Assembly: GCA_944392815.1 (NCBI GenBank)
Contig: CALXXY010000007.1
Coordinates: 1-26,893 of the forward strand
Direction: 5' to 3'
Length of the DNA stretch: 26,893 nucleotides
From: an uncultured Alphaproteobacteria bacterium
GTDB lineage: Bacteria; Pseudomonadota; Alphaproteobacteria; Rs-D84
This document shows positions 1 through 9,480 of this stretch, piece by piece. Each line of letters starts with the position of its first letter. The stretch's first letter is position 1. Below the pieces are notes generated by a model. The model was not told the origin of the DNA. It ran no database searches and saw nothing but the letters and a program-made list of their open reading frames with translations. A program made the position numbers and the translations under genes.

Positions 1-77
1 TGCCGCCGAATCACGATTTTTTATTTGCCTTTTGGAAATAGTTTTTGTATGTTTTTCCTGTGATCAAGGAACATGTT

Positions 78-281
78 ATGGACGATAAAAAACTATCTTT
101 CGAAGAAGCATATAAACAATTAACAGAACTCGTTAAAAAAATGGAATCTGGCGAATTGCCACTGGCGGATTCCGTCGCCGCGTACGAACAGGGAATTAAA
201 CTAAAGGCCTATTGCGAACAGTTGTTAAAAGAGGCCGAATTAAAAATCGAAACGTTAAAGGTCACCCCAGCACAACAATAA
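78..281 (+). CDS. xseB: Exodeoxyribonuclease VII small subunit
   Basis: LSFEEAYKQLTELVKKMESGELPLADSVAAYEQGIKL matches the XseB pattern. Start moved to ATG 78, which follows AAGGA (66-70). Confidence 0.93.
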   Translation: MDDKKLSFEEAYKQLTELVKKMESGELPLADSVAAYEQGIKLKAYCEQLLKEAELKIETLKVTPAQQ

Positions 282-293
282 AACGGATTCGTC

Positions 294-2849
294 GTGGCGG
301 ATAAAACTAAATTAACCCCGGTTATGCAACAATACGTCGATATGAAATCCGAAAATCCGGACGCGTTGTTGATGTTTCGGCTGGGCGATTTTTACGAGGC
401 ATTTTTTGATGACGCCAAAATTATCAGCAGTGCTTTGGGTTTGGTTTTGACCCAGCGGGGCACAGACGGTGATGGCGAAAATATCCCTATGTGCGGGATT
501 CCGTGGCATGCGGCCGATAATTATTTTGGGCGTCTGGTGCGTGCGGGTTATCGTGTGGCGTTGGTGGAACAAATGGAAACACCCGCCCAGGCCAAGGCAC
601 GCGGGCACAAATTCATAGACAGAAAGATTATTCGTGTTTTAACCCCGGGCACATTGACAGACGAAAATTTATTAACCCCAAAAAATTCTAATTTTTTGAT
701 TGCAGTTGTCCCAGACGACAATGGTTTTGAAATCGCTGGGTGCGATATTTCCACAGGTGAATTTTTTGTCGGGCGCACTGCGGACGTGTTGGACGATTTG
801 GTGCGTATTAATCCGGCCGAGGTTATTTATCCCGCCGGTTGTGCGGAAAATGATATAATCATGCATCTGCGCGATGTGTTTAAAACGACGCCAGTATATG
901 AAAAACTGTATATCCGTGCAGACATTGATAAAATAGTGACCAGTGTTTTTGCCGGTGCCATTGCGCCAACCGACGTCACGACATTAAATTACGACAGTGC
1001 GATTAAGTTATTGGCGGGTTATTTGTTTAATACCCAGCGTGGCGCGTCGATTACATTTCGCACGCCGTATCTGTATAAATCCGGGCGTCAGTTATTGATT
1101 GATTCCGCCACGTGGAAAAGTTTGGAAATAGACGCCCCAATAAACGATGGTGGCGTGTGCCTGGTCGATGTGTTGGATAACACCAAAACGGCCGCGGGCG
1201 CGCGAAAACTGCGCGCATATTTGCGTACGTTGTCTGCGGACACAGACGAAATAAAACGTCGCCAAACACATATTGGGCATTTGATGTTAAATAACGACGT
1301 TATGGGTGCCGTTGCGGCAACTTTGACGGCTGTGCCGGACGTCGGACGCAGTTTGTCGCGATTGCTGTCTGGGCGTGGCACACCCCGCGATATGCGCCAC
1401 ATAGCGGATTTTGTAATTGAATTGCCAAACGCAAAAATGATGGCCACGCGCCTGGACGATGAATTATCTGCGCGATTTGGCAATATCAATACGCACGATG
1501 ATTTGGCGTTGGAATTAAATTCTGCACTGGCGGACGAATTGCCAACATTTTTCCGCGATGGCAATGTAATACGTACTGGATTTGACGCGTCGTTGGATCA
1601 TATGCGTTCCCTGGCCCATGGTGCCCAGGAAACTATCGCGGGTATGCAGTCGGAATATGCCACCGCCACAGGCATTCATAATCTGAAAATCAAATACAAT
1701 AATATCCTGGGGTATTTTATAGAGGTTCCATCAGCGCGTGCAGACGCACTGATGAAACCGGATTCAGGATTTATTCATCGGCAAACTATGTCCGGTAATA
1801 TGCGATTTACAACGGCCCGCCTGATAGATTTGGACAACGATGTGCGGTCGGCGGCCGAAAAATCCGCGGGGATAGAGGCCGAAATAATCACCACACTGAC
1901 CGACAAAATTCGTGCCACGGCCGATGATTTATTGGCATCAGCAGATTTGTTGGCTGAATTGGACGTATGGTATTCGTTGGCGGACGTGGCGAATAAATAT
2001 TCGTGGGTGCGCCCCAATGTCACAGACGATGTGGCATTCGATATAGTTGGCGGCCGTCACCCTGTCATAGATTATGTTCTGCGGGCCCGTGGCGACAGTT
2101 TTGTCAAAAACGATTGTAATCTGAACGTGAAATCAGTTGCATTATTAACGGGTCCCAACATGGCGGGCAAATCGACATATTTGCGTCAAAATGCGTTGTT
2201 GGTGGTGTTGGCGCATATGGGATCGTTTGTGCCGGCTGTGCGTGCGACGATTGGCGTTTGTGACCAATTGTTCAGCCGCGTTGGTGCATCAGATAATCTG
2301 GCGGCGGGTCAATCGACGTTCATGGTGGAAATGAGTGAGACCGCCAATATTCTGCATCGCGCGACAAAACAATCGTTTATAATTTTCGATGAAATAGGGC
2401 GGGGCACGTCCACATACGACGGCATGGCCATTGCCCAGGCCGTATTGGAATATCTGAATGAATTACAGCCGCGAACGCTGTTTGCAACGCATTATCATGA
2501 ATTGACTGCGCTGGTTGGGGACGGTGCTGGCCAATTACAGAACGTGGCATGTTTAACCATTGACGTACGTGAACATAATAATGAAATCATATTTATGCAC
2601 AAAATTGTCGCGGGCGTCGCCAATCGTTCATATGGGATTCAGGTTGCAAAAATGGCTGGCATGCCGGCGTCTGTTGTTGCCCGTGCCGAAGCGGTATTGT
2701 CGCAACTGGAATCAAAATCAGATTTTGGGGCGCGTGATACGCAACCTGTGGCGTCCGCGCCGGCGGTCAGTGCCCCAGAAAACACAAAAACACCACCACG
2801 CGTGGCACAACCAAAATCCGATAAAGTTCAATTGAACTTGTTCGGTTAA
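294..2849 (+). CDS. mutS: DNA mismatch repair protein MutS
   Basis: TPVMQQY, FRLGDFYEAF mismatch-binding motif, Walker A TGPNMAGKST, DEIGRGTST, FATHYHEL, C-terminal clamp-binding motif QLNLF. GTG start. Confidence 0.98.
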   Translation: MADKTKLTPVMQQYVDMKSENPDALLMFRLGDFYEAFFDDAKIISSALGLVLTQRGTDGDGENIPMCGIPWHAADNYFGRLVRAGYRVALVEQMETPAQAKARGHKFIDRKIIRVLTPGTLTDENLLTPKNSNFLIAVVPDDNGFEIAGCDISTGEFFVGRTADVLDDLVRINPAEVIYPAGCAENDIIMHLRDVFKTTPVYEKLYIRADIDKIVTSVFAGAIAPTDVTTLNYDSAIKLLAGYLFNTQRGASITFRTPYLYKSGRQLLIDSATWKSLEIDAPINDGGVCLVDVLDNTKTAAGARKLRAYLRTLSADTDEIKRRQTHIGHLMLNNDVMGAVAATLTAVPDVGRSLSRLLSGRGTPRDMRHIADFVIELPNAKMMATRLDDELSARFGNINTHDDLALELNSALADELPTFFRDGNVIRTGFDASLDHMRSLAHGAQETIAGMQSEYATATGIHNLKIKYNNILGYFIEVPSARADALMKPDSGFIHRQTMSGNMRFTTARLIDLDNDVRSAAEKSAGIEAEIITTLTDKIRATADDLLASADLLAELDVWYSLADVANKYSWVRPNVTDDVAFDIVGGRHPVIDYVLRARGDSFVKNDCNLNVKSVALLTGPNMAGKSTYLRQNALLVVLAHMGSFVPAVRATIGVCDQLFSRVGASDNLAAGQSTFMVEMSETANILHRATKQSFIIFDEIGRGTSTYDGMAIAQAVLEYLNELQPRTLFATHYHELTALVGDGAGQLQNVACLTIDVREHNNEIIFMHKIVAGVANRSYGIQVAKMAGMPASVVARAEAVLSQLESKSDFGARDTQPVASAPAVSAPENTKTPPRVAQPKSDKVQLNLFG

Positions 2850-2868
2850 GCCCAAGGGAAACATATAC

Positions 2869-3360
2869 ATGTACATTCGTCCACACATAGTATTTCAAAC
2901 ACCGTTTTATGACCCGCAATACAGGCAATTTAGAAATCCGTCAGAATTGCAAAAATTTCTGGCGGGTTTTGATTTTATGCGCCCGCATATGATCAGCCGC
3001 CTGCAAACGGGACTGCCTGAATTTCAATTGGGAACGAAATTGGAATTTACTTTGGACGGATATTTTTGTGAATCAGATATCAAATGGGGGCCGAAATTGT
3101 TGGTTGGTCGCAATGTTCGAACCGATGGGAAAAAGATTCTGGTGGACGTGCCCATGGACGCCCCGCCCAACGCCAGCGCAGACAGCATGATGGTTTCGCG
3201 TGCGTATCAAACAATTCAAATATATCGCGATATGGCCGACGCAGTGGTTGATTCGCGCACTATGCGGCAATTGTGGCCATTGTGCGAAGAAAGCCGTTCT
3301 GAATACGTAAAGTTTTTAACCGCCGTCAATCGGCAAAGATTTGAAATCAAGGCGCGCTGA
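2869..3360 (+). CDS. Hypothetical protein (163 aa), no signal peptide, basic C-terminus
   Basis: Fills the mutS-truB gap (19 nt after mutS, 2 nt before truB), with AAGGG upstream. No recognised motif. Confidence 0.75.
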   Translation: MYIRPHIVFQTPFYDPQYRQFRNPSELQKFLAGFDFMRPHMISRLQTGLPEFQLGTKLEFTLDGYFCESDIKWGPKLLVGRNVRTDGKKILVDVPMDAPPNASADSMMVSRAYQTIQIYRDMADAVVDSRTMRQLWPLCEESRSEYVKFLTAVNRQRFEIKAR

Positions 3361-3362
3361 AC

Positions 3363-4235
3363 ATGACATCAGGTTGGATAATTTTGGATAAACCGTCCGG
3401 TATGTTCAGTCGCCGTGCTGCGGGTATTGTGGCGCGTATGTTTGGTGTGCGCACATTTGGTCACATTGGCACACTGGACGAAATGGCGTCCGGCGTATTG
3501 CCGATTGCGCTGGGGGCGGCAACCAAAATGATACCCTTTGTCGAAGAAGCGCGCCCCAGCACCAAAGAATACCTGTTTTCATTAAAATTCGGATTTGAAA
3601 CAGATACCCTGGACGCGCTGGGCTGCGAAACGGGGCGCACAGACGTTGTTCCATCGCGCGACGCAGTAATTGCCGCCATGGCGAATATGACGGGTGATGT
3701 TATGCAAACGCCGCCCATATACAGCGCTGTGCACATTGACGGTCGTCGCGCATACGATGTCGCGCGCCGGGGCGGGGCTGTGGAATTGCCACCACGACGC
3801 GTGCATATAGATACGCTGGAATTAATGGGCATTGACGGCGACACTTGGACGTTTCGTTCGCGTGTGTCCCGTGGCACATATGTGCGTGCGATTGCCCGTG
3901 ACCTGGCCCACGCATGTGACACATTGGCCACAGTCACGATGATACGGCGCACAGAAACTACAGGATTCGATATAAAAAATGCCGTAAAACTTGATTTTTT
4001 GGAAAATCTGTTTAATAATGGTGGGGATTTCAGGGCATACCTGAAACAAATTGATTTTGGACTGGGGGACATTCCGGTTCAGAATCTGGACGGTAAATCG
4101 GCCGAATTATACAGAAATGGCGGGTTTATCGTGACGGGGGGCGCGGACGGACTGCGCCGTGTATACGATGATTCCAGTTTTATTGGAATTGGGTGTATAA
4201 CGGGTGGCGTGCTGCGTCCAAAACGAACAATTTAA
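3363..4235 (+). CDS. truB: tRNA pseudouridine(55) synthase TruB
   Basis: [17 protein letters not shown](E)MASGVL with catalytic Asp, [22 protein letters not shown]. Adjacent to rpsO. Confidence 0.96.
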   Translation: MTSGWIILDKPSGMFSRRAAGIVARMFGVRTFGHIGTLDEMASGVLPIALGAATKMIPFVEEARPSTKEYLFSLKFGFETDTLDALGCETGRTDVVPSRDAVIAAMANMTGDVMQTPPIYSAVHIDGRRAYDVARRGGAVELPPRRVHIDTLELMGIDGDTWTFRSRVSRGTYVRAIARDLAHACDTLATVTMIRRTETTGFDIKNAVKLDFLENLFNNGGDFRAYLKQIDFGLGDIPVQNLDGKSAELYRNGGFIVTGGADGLRRVYDDSSFIGIGCITGGVLRPKRTI

Positions 4236-4252
4236 CGAAAAGGAAAACGATA

Positions 4253-4525
4253 ATGTCCATTACCAAATCTGCAAAAAGTGAATTGATTCAGCAATACAAA
4301 ACAACTGAACGGGACAATGGTGGATCTGCTGCGTCCCAGGTTGCGGTGTTGACTGCACGTATTCGCAATTTGACGGAACACATGAAAAATAATCACAAGG
4401 ATTTACATTCCCGTCGTGGTTTGACCCAGATGGTAAATCGCCGCAAAAAACTGTTGGCGTACATCAAAAAGAACAGTGTTTCGGAATACGAGGATTTAAT
4501 TAAAAAATTAGGTCTGCGTAAATAA
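4253..4525 (+). CDS. rpsO: 30S ribosomal protein S15
   Basis: [29 protein letters not shown]...LIKKLGLRK. Start at ATG 4253 after AAGGA. Confidence 0.98.
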   Translation: MSITKSAKSELIQQYKTTERDNGGSAASQVAVLTARIRNLTEHMKNNHKDLHSRRGLTQMVNRRKKLLAYIKKNSVSEYEDLIKKLGLRK

Positions 4526-4526
4526 T

Positions 4527-4553
4527 AAAAATCCCGCCCCGGCGGGATTTTTT
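4527..4553. terminator. Bidirectional intrinsic terminator between rpsO and the convergent LRR-kinase gene
   Basis: AAAAATCCCGCC-CC-GGCGGGATTTTT inverted repeat with an A tract before and a T tract after. Confidence 0.88.
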
Positions 4554-4569
4554 ATGTGATTGTTGGTTA

Positions 4570-6351
4570 TTACCGTATTTTTGCGTTTTGTTTTAAATAC
4601 TTGATTTTATCGCAAATCAATTCGTAATTTAAATCGCCATATGAAATTTTTCCTGATATAAAACTTAACGCAGTGGCAATTTGTTTGCTGTTGTAATTGT
4701 TCAAAACGTATCCCAAATCATTCCACGAATGATACAGCACAGTCCGAATAATTTTTGACACAAATCGTGGCTGGGACCACATGTTGTAATTTATGCGCAG
4801 CGCCCCCATGTCGATAATGGTTCGGCCCCTGAAATTTTCACTGTTAATGTCGGTCAGCACATATTTTTCCACCCGACCAAAAGATTTTATTACGCGACGC
4901 ATGGCGGGCTCGGCGTCTGTGTACGGATAAATCAAATACACTTCGCCACGTTGGTTGCTGATACCAGCGGTAGAGATTTTGCGAAATTTAGTATTCCCGC
5001 TGTACCGACGTCCGCCCATCAGGAACGAATTTTGCAATTCGGTATTATGTTGATACTTGTTCAATAACGAATGTGTTCTGTCGCAGTGATATATTTTCCA
5101 CACGTATTTTTTATCGCCCGGAATTTGCAGGGTATAAGTTTTCGCAAAATCGCCCGCCCCCAGGTATTTTGCCTGTATAGGTTGGTGAATAACGCGTGAT
5201 ATATCGCGGGATAATTTTCTTAATTCGGCCGCAGTCGCGTTTTCGTCCGACGGGCTGTATAACTTTATCGCCATATTGCGCAAAACATTGTGCAATTCGC
5301 CTGTGGCCACACCACGTGCGCTGGGTTCTATCCTGCGCAGCCACGTTGCAGGAAATGCCCCGGGATTTTTATATCCGGCCATGACGATTGCGTGCATCTC
5401 GGCCGTATTCACAGGGTGGCGGGTCAACCAACGTGTGCATGTTTTTTCAACAGGTGCCCCCGTTGCCGCTGGTGCGATAATTTTCAATAAATCGGACATG
5501 GTCAACGATTCTAATTCGTAAAATTTACGTCCTGTCTTAGGATATTTTTCCGATATTTCGCACAGCGCAGTTATGTATTTGTCCAGATTTGCAACCCATT
5601 CGCGCGCCATATTGCGCCGGGCCACGTTCACAGTATACCAGCGTTCCATTTCGCGCGTCATTGCACTGCGCAGCACAGATTCCCAATCCAGTGGTGCTGC
5701 GAATTCCATTTTTGGATTTTTGGCTTTGTATTCCCACATGGCGCGTTCGAATTCCTGGGATAAAATATCTTTGCGCCAATCACATACAACGTCATTCAAT
5801 GCCGGCCGTACAAAGGTCCGCTGTTTATGACTGATACCAAAATAAGGTTTTTCGTTTAGGATATTTTTCACATTGTCGCCAAAATTCAACCTGTACAGTT
5901 TGCGAACAGTGTATTTCCCAATCTGTTTTGTATCACCCACGTGGTAAAAAGAACCGAAATATTGACTGATGGGATACGTGCTGATTCTGTTGCGGGAATT
6001 CATAAACGATACGTTTTTCAGATTTTTAACCGCGAACACAGACCATGTCGATATAACTTTGGGCACGTCCGGCAATATAATATGTTCCAACGCCGGACAG
6101 CGTGCAAATGCAGTCGTGCACATTTTGGTTAATTTTCGGCCAAAACGCACAGTCGTCAGTTCAGGGTTATTATTGAAAATCGGCGCGGTAATTTCCGTTA
6201 CGGAATCCGGCAAAAATACGTACCTCAGTCCCGGTAAATTGTCCCCGACGTGCGCGTTAATCGATGTCACACTGCGCGGAATACGCAAAACACCGCGTGC
6301 GTCAACATCACCCGCGTTTACAGATAATAAAATCCCATTTCTGATAATCAT
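4570..6351 (-). CDS. BspA/LRR_5 repeat protein with a C-terminal protein-kinase-like domain
   Basis: N-terminal repeats LRIPRSVTSI, VFLPDSVTEI, AFARCPALEHIILPD. C-terminal YLGAGDFAKTY, YVWK(419), E438, LTD(501)INSEN, IID(514)MG. No signal peptide or TM segment seen. Confidence 0.75.
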   Translation of the reverse strand: MIIRNGILLSVNAGDVDARGVLRIPRSVTSINAHVGDNLPGLRYVFLPDSVTEITAPIFNNNPELTTVRFGRKLTKMCTTAFARCPALEHIILPDVPKVISTWSVFAVKNLKNVSFMNSRNRISTYPISQYFGSFYHVGDTKQIGKYTVRKLYRLNFGDNVKNILNEKPYFGISHKQRTFVRPALNDVVCDWRKDILSQEFERAMWEYKAKNPKMEFAAPLDWESVLRSAMTREMERWYTVNVARRNMAREWVANLDKYITALCEISEKYPKTGRKFYELESLTMSDLLKIIAPAATGAPVEKTCTRWLTRHPVNTAEMHAIVMAGYKNPGAFPATWLRRIEPSARGVATGELHNVLRNMAIKLYSPSDENATAAELRKLSRDISRVIHQPIQAKYLGAGDFAKTYTLQIPGDKKYVWKIYHCDRTHSLLNKYQHNTELQNSFLMGGRRYSGNTKFRKISTAGISNQRGEVYLIYPYTDAEPAMRRVIKSFGRVEKYVLTDINSENFRGRTIIDMGALRINYNMWSQPRFVSKIIRTVLYHSWNDLGYVLNNYNSKQIATALSFISGKISYGDLNYELICDKIKYLKQNAKIR

Positions 6352-6358
6352 ACTGTAT

Positions 6359-6386
6359 ATTTTATACTAAAAAATATTTTTGTCAA
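6359..6386 (-). promoter_or_regulatory. Sigma70-type promoter of the LRR-kinase gene, probably leaderless
   Basis: Minus strand TTGACA-16 nt-TAAAAT-7 nt-ATG(6351); no SD. Confidence 0.6.
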
Positions 6387-6463
6387 CTTTATTATATAAT
6401 ATATGGTGATTTTTATCTTTTCACGCCGTGATTTTTATGTTAAAATTAACGGCAAGAGAGAAT

Positions 6464-8467
6464 ATGAAACGCATATCCAGATTTTTATTAATCGCATTGG
6501 CGTTATGTGGCACAACCGCATTCGCCGCGACCGTCGTACCCAGCACAGTGGGCAGTAATCTGACCGCATTTAACAATAATTCGGGCGCGGTAAACAATGC
6601 GATGTGGAATAATTATACAAACCCGCGCGCCAGTGGTGCTGCGTCCACCACGGCCCCGACGGCCGATTTTGGTAATTGCAACGCGTTGATTTTGCGCTGT
6701 GCCCAACCAAAGTGTGCAAATGGCGGGTGTTCAACAATGGATATTGCGCGCCCGATTGTGTCCGGGTGTGTACAGTCAAACCCCACATGCACGCAATACG
6801 GCGATGATTTAATCGAATTTATATCCGCACAGTTGGTGTCCGATGCAAACGCTGCGGCACAAAGTGCGGCGGCCAATGCGCAAATTGCCGCGGCCCAGGC
6901 GGCTGCCCAGCAAAGCAGCCAGCAAATGGCCCAAATGCAACAGCAAATGGTTCAAATGCAGCAACAAATGCAACAGCAAAGTGCTGATACCGCCGCCCAG
7001 ATTCAGGCCGCTTTGGCCCAGCAACAGGCCGCCACCGCCCAGGCAATTGCCGACGCGGCAAATACAAATGCCGCCGCGATTAACAGTGCGACAACACAAA
7101 TGCAAAACGCTGCTGCGGCCGCAAATACCGCAACTGTGTCGAATGATTCAAACCTGACCGCGGCCCAGCAAACGGCCGCTGCGGCCGGTGTGTCGGCCGA
7201 TATTTTGGCACGTGAACAGATTTCTGGCCAAATTTTAAGCAAAATCGAAAATGCCGAAGATGCCCTGAAACGGGCCCAGGCCGCAATGAAAACCGCGTTT
7301 GAATACGCCGGCTGTGATTCCACCGGCAGCAACTGTACCGGCCCAAAACGTGTTTCCACGTTCAAGGACAAGGCAATGGAATTTTTCGACCCGTACAACG
7401 ACGTTTTGGACGAATTGTATGATGGGTTGATTTTGGCTCAATCGGTTGGTGTGGATATTACCGATATTTACATGATGTTGAACGGCACCTGCAACGTGTG
7501 GGGACAATATTTGTGTGCCCCAGGCCAGGTTATGCACTATGATTCACAAAATTGTGTCGATGGGCGTTCTGTGCCGGTTCGTGACGGTGGCGCAACTGTG
7601 CGCGGTGGTGCCGATTGCGAAATAGGCCAGGTTGTCCCCATGTCCGATGGTGGTTGCCAATTGATTAAAATGTTAACCAGCGATGAAGAGGTTCAGCGTA
7701 ATTGGCTGTATCCCGAAACTGGTGATGGCGGGGTCCAGGTTCGCGTCGGCTGTGCGTCCGAGGCATTGGATAATTCCACGTTGTTCCGTAATCGTCGCCG
7801 CCAGGCAGATATTGATATCGAGGTTCTGCAACGCATGATTGAACAGGACGCCCCAGCCGTATTTGGTGGCAATCGTTTTGGGCAAAATAAATCTGCGGAT
7901 CCAGATGGATTGAAATATTGCGCAATCACCACCAATACGTACCAGGATTTACAAACATACGCCAGTTTGAAACAATTGCCGGATACCGTATGCGTGCCCG
8001 ACGATGATTTGTTGGATATTTACAATAACGGCGGTCGCGTTGCCCAGGGCGACAGTGGCGCTGATAATCAAAGCGTGTTTTCAAAATGTGGATCGCTGCG
8101 TGGATACGATTACGAAAAATGTCTGTGCGAAAACAGTGTGTCGAATAATGCACAATGGGTGGCCGACAATGGCGCCAACGCCATCACAGGCCAGGGCACA
8201 TGTAAATGTATTGGCAATTCTGCATACCAGTTCTGGGACGCCGATCGTGCAATGTGTACGGACGCATATGGCGTATCGGATTTGGATACCCGCACCCAGG
8301 ATTTATTACAATCTATCCAGGCATCTATGCTGTCCGAAATTGACAAAGAAGTGTCGTGTAATGACTTTTCATTGTGGGGTGCGAAATGGGATGCTGCCGC
8401 CGGAAAATGCGATTGCAGTGCCATAACAGACGATACAACCAGGAACGATTGTGAAATGGGATTATAA
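6464..8467 (+). CDS. Secreted Cys-rich protein with a Gln/Ala-rich coiled-coil stalk
   Basis: Signal peptide MKRISRFLLIALALCGTTAFA from ATG 6464. I count 26 Cys in the mature part. Long AQ/MQQQ-rich segment. Confidence 0.85.
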   Translation: MKRISRFLLIALALCGTTAFAATVVPSTVGSNLTAFNNNSGAVNNAMWNNYTNPRASGAASTTAPTADFGNCNALILRCAQPKCANGGCSTMDIARPIVSGCVQSNPTCTQYGDDLIEFISAQLVSDANAAAQSAAANAQIAAAQAAAQQSSQQMAQMQQQMVQMQQQMQQQSADTAAQIQAALAQQQAATAQAIADAANTNAAAINSATTQMQNAAAAANTATVSNDSNLTAAQQTAAAAGVSADILAREQISGQILSKIENAEDALKRAQAAMKTAFEYAGCDSTGSNCTGPKRVSTFKDKAMEFFDPYNDVLDELYDGLILAQSVGVDITDIYMMLNGTCNVWGQYLCAPGQVMHYDSQNCVDGRSVPVRDGGATVRGGADCEIGQVVPMSDGGCQLIKMLTSDEEVQRNWLYPETGDGGVQVRVGCASEALDNSTLFRNRRRQADIDIEVLQRMIEQDAPAVFGGNRFGQNKSADPDGLKYCAITTNTYQDLQTYASLKQLPDTVCVPDDDLLDIYNNGGRVAQGDSGADNQSVFSKCGSLRGYDYEKCLCENSVSNNAQWVADNGANAITGQGTCKCIGNSAYQFWDADRAMCTDAYGVSDLDTRTQDLLQSIQASMLSEIDKEVSCNDFSLWGAKWDAAAGKCDCSAITDDTTRNDCEMGL

Positions 8468-8477
8468 GATTATTGCA

Positions 8478-9236
8478 ATGATTGTGTATAAAAACATCTT
8501 TACGAAAATCTTTGCCACATTGATTGCGGCGGTGTTTGTGGTGCCGGCGTTTGCCGCGTCTGATAATGGTTGCGGCGACGATGAAAATAACCGCATTGTG
8601 CCTGTTTTGGCGCTGTGTTCGTCGCATACATATAATATTGGTTTGCCGTATAACCCAACAACTGATTCAGATAAACAATTAATGCGCGACGTTGTGGCGA
8701 TGAAATCCACCATCATGATGCAGCAAATGTACAAACAGTATCAGTTTTTGGAATCCACACTCAGCCGTTTGAAAACACAACTGGAACGCGAAATTTTAAC
8801 ATCGCAACTGCAGGCCGCCGGTGCCCCCAGTGGGGACAGCAGTTCATCTGCCTCGGACAGTGCCCAGGACAGAAATGTATACATTGTCGGGGCATCAAAT
8901 TGTAATAATGCCGCCACCACAGCCGATGTTTTTACATGCCTGCGTAATAATTATAATTTGATTAATAGTATGTCTAACAGTGGCACAAATTTAACCATAG
9001 AATTGCGCCGTCAATTGGCATATGATTACAGTATTATGAAAAATAATACACCGGTGGCGGTGGAACCCGTTTCTGTGGGCAGTAATCCAGATTTTGATTG
9101 CAAGAAATATCAAAATATCACAGGTCGCGCGGCATTTCAGGCATGTATGGATTCGTTGGTTTCCGGCATTCGCAGGGCAACAACCGAATTATCCAAACAA
9201 ACCACGAACATATATAATCCATACGGCATACGTTAA
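8478..9236 (+). CDS. Secreted helical hypothetical protein with 6 Cys
   Basis: Signal peptide MIVYKNIFTKIFATLIAAVFVVPAFA from ATG 8478, 10 nt after the previous stop. Exact start uncertain. Confidence 0.82.
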   Translation: MIVYKNIFTKIFATLIAAVFVVPAFAASDNGCGDDENNRIVPVLALCSSHTYNIGLPYNPTTDSDKQLMRDVVAMKSTIMMQQMYKQYQFLESTLSRLKTQLEREILTSQLQAAGAPSGDSSSSASDSAQDRNVYIVGASNCNNAATTADVFTCLRNNYNLINSMSNSGTNLTIELRRQLAYDYSIMKNNTPVAVEPVSVGSNPDFDCKKYQNITGRAAFQACMDSLVSGIRRATTELSKQTTNIYNPYGIR

Positions 9237-9278
9237 TAAATCCCCAAACAATCCACACCAAAATGCCCCCCCGCCATA

Positions 9279-9315
9279 CTGGGCCCCGCGCAAACATAGT
9301 TTGCGTGGGTGGTTA
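9279..9315 (-). repeat. Short palindromic element family D, copy 1, inside a CCCCGCC/GGCGGGG stem
   Basis: Reverse complement TAACCACCCACGCAAAC-TAT-GTTTGCGCGGGGCCCAG resembles 9610-9650. Flanked by CCCCGCC (9269-9275) and GGCGGGG (9319-9325). Confidence 0.65.
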
Positions 9316-9332
9316 CAGGGCGGGGTACAATG

Positions 9333-9444
9333 ACCACCCCGTCGCGCAAAGCGCGCCACCCCTCCGCAGAGGGGAACTTGGCTTTCGTCCCGTCGCGGAA
9401 TAAAGTTCCCCTCCATTGGAGGGGTGGGCGCAGCCCGGGGTGGT
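9333..9444. repeat. Inverted doublet of REP-like family A (ACCACCCCG...CCACCCCTCC..GAGGGGAACTT)
   Basis: 9333-9379 and the reverse complement of 9403-9444 share both ends and a two-hairpin architecture; 23-nt spacer. Confidence 0.85.
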
Positions 9445-9480
9445 TAGAGATTTCAAGAAAACACACTTATTCTCTTAACT

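Noticed and set aside
25-53. TTGCCT-17-TATGTT promoter for xseB-mutS
   Set aside because: The spacing is plausible, but the -10 is weak, the context is T-rich and upstream sequence is missing.
6900-7000. CAG/CAA-rich stretch as a DNA repeat element
   Set aside because: Explained by the Gln-rich protein sequence; codons are mixed and there is no fixed nucleotide unit.
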